Shown here piece after piece: positions 55,801 to 64,000 of a stretch of DNA of 64,000 bases. How positions within the stretch are numbered: the stretch's first letter is position 1; every line of letters starts with the position of its first letter. The stretch lies in NCBI RefSeq assembly GCF_009914755.1, contig NC_060939.1; one strand, 5' to 3'. The notes under the pieces were generated by a model that was given only the letters and a program-made list of their open reading frames with translations, was not told the origin of the DNA and did no database searches. Source of the stretch: the human T2T-CHM13v2.0 reference genome, Homo sapiens. A program made the translations under genes and the position numbers.

Positions 55801-58800
55801 CATTCCATTCCATTCGGTACCATTCCATATTGTTCCATTCGATTCCATTCGAATCCATTCCATTCCAGTCCATTCCATTCGATTCCATTCCATTCCTTTC
55901 AATTCCATTCCATTCCATTCGATTCGACTTGATTCCACTCCATTCCCTTCCACTGCATTCCATTCGATTCCATTCCATTGCATTGCATTCCATTCCATTG
56001 GATTGCATTCCATTCGATTCCATTCCATTCGAATCAATTACATAGCAATCCATTACATTCGAGTCTGTTCTATTCCGTTGCACTCGATTTCGTTCCAATC
56101 CATTCGATTCCATTCCATTCGATTCCATTCCATACTATTGCATTCCATTCGATTAAATTATATTCGAATAAATTCCATTCAAGACCATTTCTGTTGAGTC
56201 CATTCTACTTGAGTCCATTCCCTTTGATTCCATAACATTTGAGTCCATTCAATTCCATTCCTTTCGTTTCCATTCCATTTGATGCCATTCCATTCAATTC
56301 TGTTCTACTCGACTCCAATACATTCAATTCCATTCCAACCGATTCCATTACATTCTTTTCATTTCTTATCCATTTCAAGCCATTCCATTCCATTCCATTC
56401 CACTCGTTTCCTTTCCATTCGAGTCCATTCCACTCCAGTCCATTCCATTCGAATCCATTTCACTCCAGTCCATTCCATTCGAATCCGTTTCACTCCAGTC
56501 CATTAAATTCGAGTACATTCCATTCCATTCTATTCAATGCCATTCCATTCGATTCTATTCCATTCGACACCATTCCTTTCCATTCCGTTCCATCCGATTC
56601 CATTCCATTGTATTCCATTCAATTGCATTCCATTCGTTTCCATTCCATTCGATTTCATTCCACTCAAGTCCATTCCATTCGAGTCCATTCCATTCGATAT
56701 CATTCCATACTATTGCATTCCATTCGATTCCATTGTTTTCGAATAAATTCCAACCGAGACCATTCCTTTTGTGTCCTTTCTATTTGACTGCATTCCATTT
56801 GAGTCCATTAAATTTCTGCACATTCCATTCCTTTCCATTCCTTTCCATTCCATTCCTTTCGGTGCCATTCCATTCCACTCTACTCCATTCAAGTCCATTC
56901 CATTTGAGTCCATTCCATTGATTCGATGCCATTACATTCAATTCTATTTCATTCGAATCCATTCCATTCCATTTCCTTCCAAACGATTCCATTCCATTCT
57001 ATTACTTTCTATTCCAATCCATTCCATTTCGTTCCATTCGTTTCCATTCCATTCGAGTCCACTCCATTCCAGTCCATTCCATTCGATTCCATTCCATTCC
57101 AGTCCATTCCATTCAAGTCCATTCCACTCCATTCCATTCCATTCGATATCTTTTGATAACACCCCATTCCATTCTGCTCCTTACAATTCAATTCAATTCC
57201 AGTCCATTTGATTCCATTCCATTTGATTACATTCCATTCGACTCCATTCCATTCGACTCTATTCCATTCGAGTCCATTCCATTCCATTCCATTGCATTCC
57301 GTTCGAATCCCTATTCCATTCCATTTTGTTACTGTCCATTCCATTTGAGTCCATTCCATGCCAAACCATTCCATTCGATTCCATTCCAATAGATTCCATT
57401 GCACTCGAATCCAGTGCGTTCCATTCCATTGCTTTCCATTCCATTACATTCCATTGCATTACATTCCATTCCATTTGATTGCATTCCATTCAATTCCATT
57501 AATTTCGAATCAATTACATTGCAATCCATTGCATTCGAGTTCTATTCCAGTCCATTGCATTCCGGCGCATTCCGTTCCATTCCATTCCATTCGATTCCGT
57601 TCCATTCGAATCGATTGCATTGCAATGCATTACATTCGAGTCCGTTTTATTCCAGTCCAATCCATTCCGGTCCATTCCGTTCGATTCCATTCCATTCGAT
57701 GCCACTCCATACTATTGTATTTCATTCGATTCCATTCTATTCAAATAAATTCCATTCGAGACCATTCCTTTCATGTCCATTCTATTTGAGTCCATTCCAT
57801 TCGAGTCCATTATATTTGGGTCCATTCCGTTCAATTCCATTGCAATCGATTCCATTCGATGTCACTCCATTCATTTCTATTCCATTAGAGTCCATGTCAT
57901 TCGAGTCCATTCCATTCTATTCTATTCCACTCCATTCCATTCCATTCCATTCCATTCCATTCGTTGCCGTTCCATTCAATTCTATTATATTCCACTCCAT
58001 TTAATTCCATTCCATTCCATTCCATTCCATTCTATTCCATTCTATCCAATTCCGTTCCATTCTATTCCTTTAAAGTCCATTCCATTCCATTCCATTCGTT
58101 TCCATTCCATTCGAGTAAAGTCCACTCCAGTCCTTTCCATTCGAGTCCATTCCTCTCCAGTCCATTCCGTTCAATCCATTCGATTCCAGTCCATTCCATT
58201 CGAGTCCGTTCCATTCCAGTCCATTCCATTCGAGTCAATTCCATTCCATTCGATATCTTTCCATAACGATCCATTCCATTCTATTCCTTTCGATTCCATT
58301 CAATTCCATTCCATTCTATTCCCTTCCATTGGACTCCTTTCCATTCGAGTGCATTCCATTCCGTTCCATTTCTTTCTGTTCTGTATGATTCCTACCGTTC
58401 GATTTCATTTTGTTCCAGTCTATTCCTTTGACGTCCATTCCATTCCATTTCACTCCATTCGATTCCATTCCACTCGATTCCCCTCCGTTCCATTTCATTG
58501 CATTCCATTCTATTCAATTCTATTGCATTCCATTCCATTCCATTTGATTACATTCCATGCGATTCCATTCGAATTCGAATCAATTACATTGAAATCCATT
58601 ACTATTGAGTCCGTTTTACTCCAGTCCACTCCATTCTGCTCCATTCCATTTGATTCCATTCCATTCTATTCCATTCTGTACAGTTGCATTCCATTGGATT
58701 CCATTCTATATCTATAAATGCAACTCGAGACCATTGCTTTTGAGTCCATTCTATATGATTCCATTCCATTCAAGTCCATTACATTTGGTTCAATTCCATT

Positions 58801-58840
58801 CCATTCCATTCCCTTCCATTCCATTCCATTTGATATCAAT
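46850..58840 (+). repeat. ~11.99-kb tandem duplication, copy 2
   Basis: See copy 1. The breakpoint is bracketed by AGTTGATATC (34861; ATTTGATATC near 46840) and GATTCCGTTCC (present near 34885 and 46862, absent near 58850). Confidence 0.88.
47297..48835 (+). repeat. Second copy of the deleted/chimeric unit (1539 bp), junction ~47503-47512
   Basis: Same junction and private variants as 35320-36853. The 333-aa pseudo-ORF translations at 35433 and 47410 are identical. Confidence 0.9.
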
Positions 58841-59159
58841 CCATTCGATTCCATTCCATTCGAGCACATTCCAATCGAGTCCATTCCATTCGATGCCATT
58901 CCATTTGATTCTATTCCATTAGACTCCATTCAATTCCATTAATCTCCATTCCATTCCATTCTACTCCAACTGATTCCATTCCATTCTATTCCTTTCCATT
59001 CCATTCCATTCCATTTGCTTCTATTCCATTCGTGTCCATTCCACTCCAGTCCATTCCATTCGTGTCCATTCCATTCCAGTCCATTCCATTTGTGTCCACT
59101 GCATTCCATTCCACTCCATTCCATATTATTCCATTACACTCCATTCCATTCTATTACTT

Positions 59160-62100
59160 TCATTTCCATTCAATTCCACTCCATTTGATTCCATTCCACT
59201 CGGTTTCATTCCATTTGAGTCCACTCCATTCCATTCCATTCCATTCCATTCATTTCCATTCCATTCTGTTCCATTCCGTTCCATTCCATTACATTCCTTT
59301 CCATTCGGTACCATTCCATATTGTTCCATTCGATTCCATTCGAATCCATTCCATTCCAGTCCATTCCATTCGATTCCATTCCATTCCTTTCAATTCCATT
59401 CCATTCCATTCCATTCCACTTGATTCCACTCCATTCCCTTCCACTGCATTCCATTCGATTCCATTCCATTGCATTGCATTCCATTCCATTGGACTGCATT
59501 CCATTCGATTCCATTCCATTCGAATCAATTACTTAGCAATCCATTACATTCGAGTCTATTCTATTCCGTTCCATTCGATTTCATTCCAATCCATTCGATT
59601 CCATTCCATTCGATTCCATTCCATACTATTGCATTCCATTCGATTACATTATATTCGAATAAGTTCCATTCAAGACCATTTCTTTTGAGTCCATTCTATT
59701 TGAGTCCATTACCTTTGATTCCATAACATTTGAGTCCATTCAATTCCATTCCTTTCGTTTCCATTCCATTTGATGCCATTCCATTCAATTCGGTTCTACT
59801 CGTCTCCAATACATTCAATTCCATTCCATCCGATTCCATTACATTCTTTTCATTTCTTATCCATTTCAAGCCATTCCACTCCATTCCATTCCACTCGTTT
59901 CCTTTCCATTCGAGTCCATTCCTCTCCAGTCCATTCCGTTCAATCCATTCCATACCAGTGCATTCCATTCGAGTCCGTTCCATTCCAGTCCATTTCATTC
60001 GAATCAATTCCATTCCATTCGATGTCTTTCCATAACGATCCATTCCATTCTATTCCTTTCGATTCCATTCCATTCTATTTCATTCCATTCGATTCCCTTC
60101 CATTGGACTCCTTTCCATTCGAGTGCATTCCATTCCGTTCCATTTCTTTCCATTCTGTACGATTCCTACCGTTCGATTTCATTTTTTTCCAGTCCATTCC
60201 TTTCGCGTCCATTCCATTCCATTTCACTCCATTCGATTCCATTCCACTCGATTCCACTTCGTTCCATTTCATTGCATTCCATTCTATTCAACTCTATTGC
60301 CTTCCATTCCATTCCATTCGATTACATTCCATGCGATTCCATTCGAAATCGAATCAATGACATTGCAATCCATTACAATTGAGTCCGTTTTATTCCAGTC
60401 CACTGCATTCTGGTCCATTCCATTTGATTCCATTCCATTCTATTCCATTCCATACAGTTGCATTCCATTGGATTCCATTCTATATCTATAAATTCAATTC
60501 GAGACCATTGCTTTTGAGTCAATTCTATATGATTCCATTCCATTCAAGTCCATTACATTTGGTTCAATTCCATTCCATTCCATTCCCTTCCATTCCATTC
60601 CAGTTGATATCAATCCATTCGATTCCATTCCATTCGAGCACATTCCATTCGAGTCCATTCCATTCGATGCCATTCCATTTGATTCTATTCCATTAGTCTC
60701 CATTCAATTCCATTAATCTCCATTCCATTCCATTCTACTCCAACTGATTCCATTCCATTCTATTCCTTTCCATTCCATTTCATTCCATTCCATTCCATTT
60801 CATTCCATTCCATTCCATTCGTGTCCATTCCACTCCAGTCCATTCCATTCGTGTCCATTCCATTCCAGTCCATTCCATTTGTGTCCACTGCATTCCATTC
60901 CACTCCATTCCATATTATTCCATTACACTCCATTCCATTCTATTACTTTCATTTCCATTCAATTCCATTCCATTTGATTCCATTCCACTCGGTTTCATTC
61001 CATTTGAGTCCACTCCATTCCATTCCATTCCATTCAATTCAGTTCCATTCCATTCTGTTCCATTCCATTCCGTTCCATTACATTCCATTCCATTCGGTAC
61101 CATTCCATATTGTTCCATTCGATTCCATTCGAATCCATTCCATTCCAGTCCATTCCATTCGATTCCATTCCATTCATTTCAATTCCATTCCATTCCATTC
61201 CATTCCATTCCACTTGATTCCTCTCCATTCCCTTCCACTGCATTCCGTTCGATTCCATTCCATTGCATTGCATTCCATTCCATTGGATTGCATTCCATTC
61301 GATTCCATTCCATTCGAATCAATTACATAGCAATCCATTACATTCGAGTGTATTCTATTCCGTTCCACTCGATTTCGTTCCAATCCATTCGATTCCATTC
61401 CATTCGATTCCATTCCATACTATTGCATTCCATTCGATTACATTATATTCGAATAAGTTCCATTCAAGACCATTTCTTTTGAGTCCATTCTATTTGAGTC
61501 CATTCCCTTTGATTCCATAACATTTGAGTCCATTCAATTCCATTCCTTTCGTTTCCATTCCATTTGATGCCATTCCATTCAATTCTGTTCTACTCGACTC
61601 CAATACATTCAATTCCATTCCATCCGATTCCATTACATTCTTTTCATTTCTTATCCATTTCAAGCCATTCCACTCCATTCCATTCCACTCGTTTCCTTTC
61701 CATTCGAGTCCATTCCTCTCCAGTCCATTCCGTTCAATCCATTCCATTCCAGTCCATTCCATTCGAGTCCGTTCCATTCCAGTCCATTCCATTCGAGGCA
61801 ATTCCATTCCATTCGATGTCTTTCCATAACGATCCATTCCATTCTATTCCTTTCGAATCCATTCCATTCTATTTCATTCCATTCGATTCCCTTCCATTGG
61901 ACTCCTTTCCATTCGAGTGCATTCCATTCCGTTCCATTTCTTTCCGTTCTGTACGATTCCTACCGTTCGATTTCATTTTGTTCCAGTCCATTCCTTTCGC
62001 GTCCATTCCATTCCATTTCACTCCATTCGATTCCATTCCACTCGATTCCACTTCGTTCCATTTCATTGCATTCCATTCTATTCAACTCTATTGCCTTCCA

Positions 62101-64000
62101 TTCCATTCCATTCGATTACATTCCATGCGATTCCATTCGAAATCGAATCAATTACATTGCAATCCATTACAATTGAGTCCATTTTATTCCAGTCCACTGC
62201 ATTCTGGTCCATTCCATTTGATTCCATTCCATTCTATTCCATTCCATACAGTTGCATTCCATTGCATTCCATTCTATATCTATAAATTCAATTGGAGACC
62301 ATTGCTTTTGAGTCCATTCTATATGATTCCATTCCATTCAAGTCCATTACATTTGGTTCAATTCCATTCCATTCCATTCCCTTCCATTCCATTCCAGTTG
62401 ATATCAATCCATTCGATTCCATTCCATTCGAGCACATTCCATTCGAGTCCATTCCATTCGATGCCATTCCATTTGATTCTATTCCATTAGTCTCCATTCA
62501 ATTCCATTAATCTCCATTCCATTCCATTCTACTCCAACTGATTCCATTCCATTCTATTCCTTTCCATTCCATTTCATTCCATTCCATTCCATTTCATTCC
62601 ATTCCATTCCATTCGTGTCCATTCCACTCCAGTCCATTCCATTCGTGTCCATTCCATTCCAGTCCATTCCATTTGTGTCCACTGCATTCCATTCCACTCC
62701 ATTCCATATTATTCCATTACACTCCATTCCATTCTATTACTTTCATTTCCATTCAATTCCATTCCATTTGATTCCATTCCACTCGGTTTCATTCCATTTG
62801 AGTCCACTCCATTCCATTCCATTCCATTCCATTCAGTTCCATTCCATTCTGTTCCATTCCATTCCGTTCCATTACATTCCATTCCATTCGGTACCATTCC
62901 ATATTGTTCCATTCGATTCCATTCGAATCCATTCCATTCCAGTCCATTCCATTCGATTCCATTCCATTCATTTCAATTCCATTCCATTCCATTCCATTAC
63001 ATTCCACTTGATTCCTCTCCATTCCCTTCCACTGCATTCCGTTCGATTCCATTCCATTGCATTGCATTCCATTCCATTGGATTGCATTCCATTCGATCTC
63101 ATTCCATTCGAATCAATTACATAGCAATCCATTACATTCGAGTGTATTCTATTCCGTTCCATTCGATTTCGTTCCAATCCATTCGATTCCATTCCATTCG
63201 ATTCCATTCCATACTATTGCATTCCATTCGATTACATTATATTCGAATAAGTTCCATTCAAGACCATTTCTTTTGAGTCCATTCTATTTGAGTCCATTCC
63301 CTTTGATTCCATAACATTTGAGTCCATTCAATTCCATTCCTTTCGTTTCCATTCCATTTGATGCCATTCCATTCAATTCTGTTCTACTCGACTCCAATAC
63401 ATTCAATTCCATTCCATCCGATTCCATTACATTCTTTTCATTTCTTATCCATTTCAAGCCATTCCACTCCATTCCATTCCACTCGTTTCCTTTCCATTCG
63501 AGTCCATTCCTCTCCAGTCCATTCCGTTCAATCCATTCCATTCCAGTCCATTCCATTCGAGTCCGTTCCATTCCAGTCCATTCCATTCGAGTCAATTCCA
63601 TCCCATTCGATGTCTTTCCATAACGATCCATTCCATTCTATTCCTTTCGATTCCATTCCATTCTATTTCATTCCATTCGATTCCCTTCCATTGGACTCCT
63701 TTCCATTCGAGTGCATTCCATTCCGTTCCATTTCTTTCCGTTCTGTACGATTCCTACCGTTCGATTTCATTTTGTTCCAGTCCATTCCTTTCGCGTCCAT
63801 TCCATTCCATTTCACTCCATTCGATTCCATTCCACTCGATTCCACTTCGTTCCATTTCATTGCATTCCATTCTATTCAACTCTATTGCCTTCCATTCCAT
63901 TCCATTCGATTACATTCATGCGATTCCATTCGAAATCGAATCAATTACATTGCAATCCATTACTATTGAGTCCGTTTTATTCCAGTCCACTGCATTCTGG
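59160..64000 (+). repeat. Domain of 1.79-kb KpnI higher-order repeat units (D15Z1-like; assignment tentative), truncated by the window end
   Basis: GGTACC at 59307, 61096 and 62890 (1789, 1794 bp). The ORF echo at 59696/61490/63284 has a period of 1794. Units lack the GATAACACCCC, GGCGCATT and GAGTAAAG landmarks and carry their own diagnostic variants. The confidence refers to the periodicity, not to the locus name. Confidence 0.92.

Larger units (their letters stand above)
1..59160 (+). repeat. Domain of ~3.5-kb higher-order repeat units
   Basis: KpnI spacings of intact units are 3461, 3436, 3466, 3520, 3496, 3491, 3481, 3505, 3481, 3491, 3471, 3489, 3491 and 3491. Landmarks recur in the same order (CTACTCCAACTG, GGTACC, CTTATCCATTTCAAGCC, GATAACACCCC, GGCGCATT, GAGTAAAGTCC, TATATCTATAAA). 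Repeated ORF translations give the same periods. Confidence 0.95.
1..64000 (+). repeat. Satellite III (HSat3)-type diverged (CATTC)n tandem array, pericentromeric/acrocentric heterochromatin
   Basis: The sequence consists throughout of CATTC pentamers and variants (CATTT, GATTC, GAGTC, CAGTC, TATTC, CACTC, CATTG). Pure CATTCCATTC runs dominate, and the CATTCGATGAT-type motif typical of HSat2 is not the building block. The C/T-rich strand is + from end to end. Confidence 0.97.

Noticed and set aside
84-63969. Hundreds of ORFs of 60-333 aa (FHSIP-rich on +, MEWNG-rich on -), e.g. 35433-36434, 26800-27759, 61564-62490
   Set aside because: Pure (CATTC)n has no stop codon in any frame on either strand, so long ORFs are expected. 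They overlap in all frames, shift frame between units with 5-bp indels and show no domain-like content.
1-64000. CRISPR-like repeat/spacer reading of conserved pentamer runs alternating with variant stretches
   Set aside because: There are no unique spacers, no constant-length repeat and no cas genes. The variant stretches recur in every HOR unit.
1-64000. Embedded Alu/L1/alpha-satellite insertion or strand inversion
   Set aside because: Reading through, I found no non-pentameric stretch longer than a few tens of bases and no GAATG-oriented block on the + strand.

Overview
The whole 64 kb is one uninterrupted array of diverged (CATTC)n/(GAATG)n satellite in a single orientation, i.e. human/great-ape-type classical Satellite III (HSat3) heterochromatin. 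I see no genes, RNA genes, transposon insertions, CRISPR arrays or strand inversions. Every ORF in the track is an artefact of translating the pentamer (FHSIP / MEWNG periodicity). The informative content is the higher-order architecture, which I mapped by eye using the single KpnI site (GGTACC) per unit, at 339, 3800, 7236, 10702, 14222, 15981, 21347, 24843, 28334, 31815, 35320, 36854, 40335, 43826, 47297, 48836, 52325, 55816, 59307, 61096 and 62890. From 1 to ~59.1 kb the unit is ~3.44-3.52 kb. It is interrupted by a 1759-bp deleted unit, a 5366-bp unit with an internal ~1.92-kb duplication, and two ~1.54-kb deleted units. A ~11.98-kb tandem duplication spans ~34.87-58.84 kb. At ~59.1 kb the array switches to a distinct 1.79-kb KpnI unit. 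That unit equals the 3.5-kb unit minus a 1697-bp segment bounded by a 38-bp direct repeat. A 1.8-kb KpnI Sat III unit recalls chr15 D15Z1, but this is recall and not verified. I find no evidence of a new protein-coding system; the interest lies in satellite evolution and recombination.
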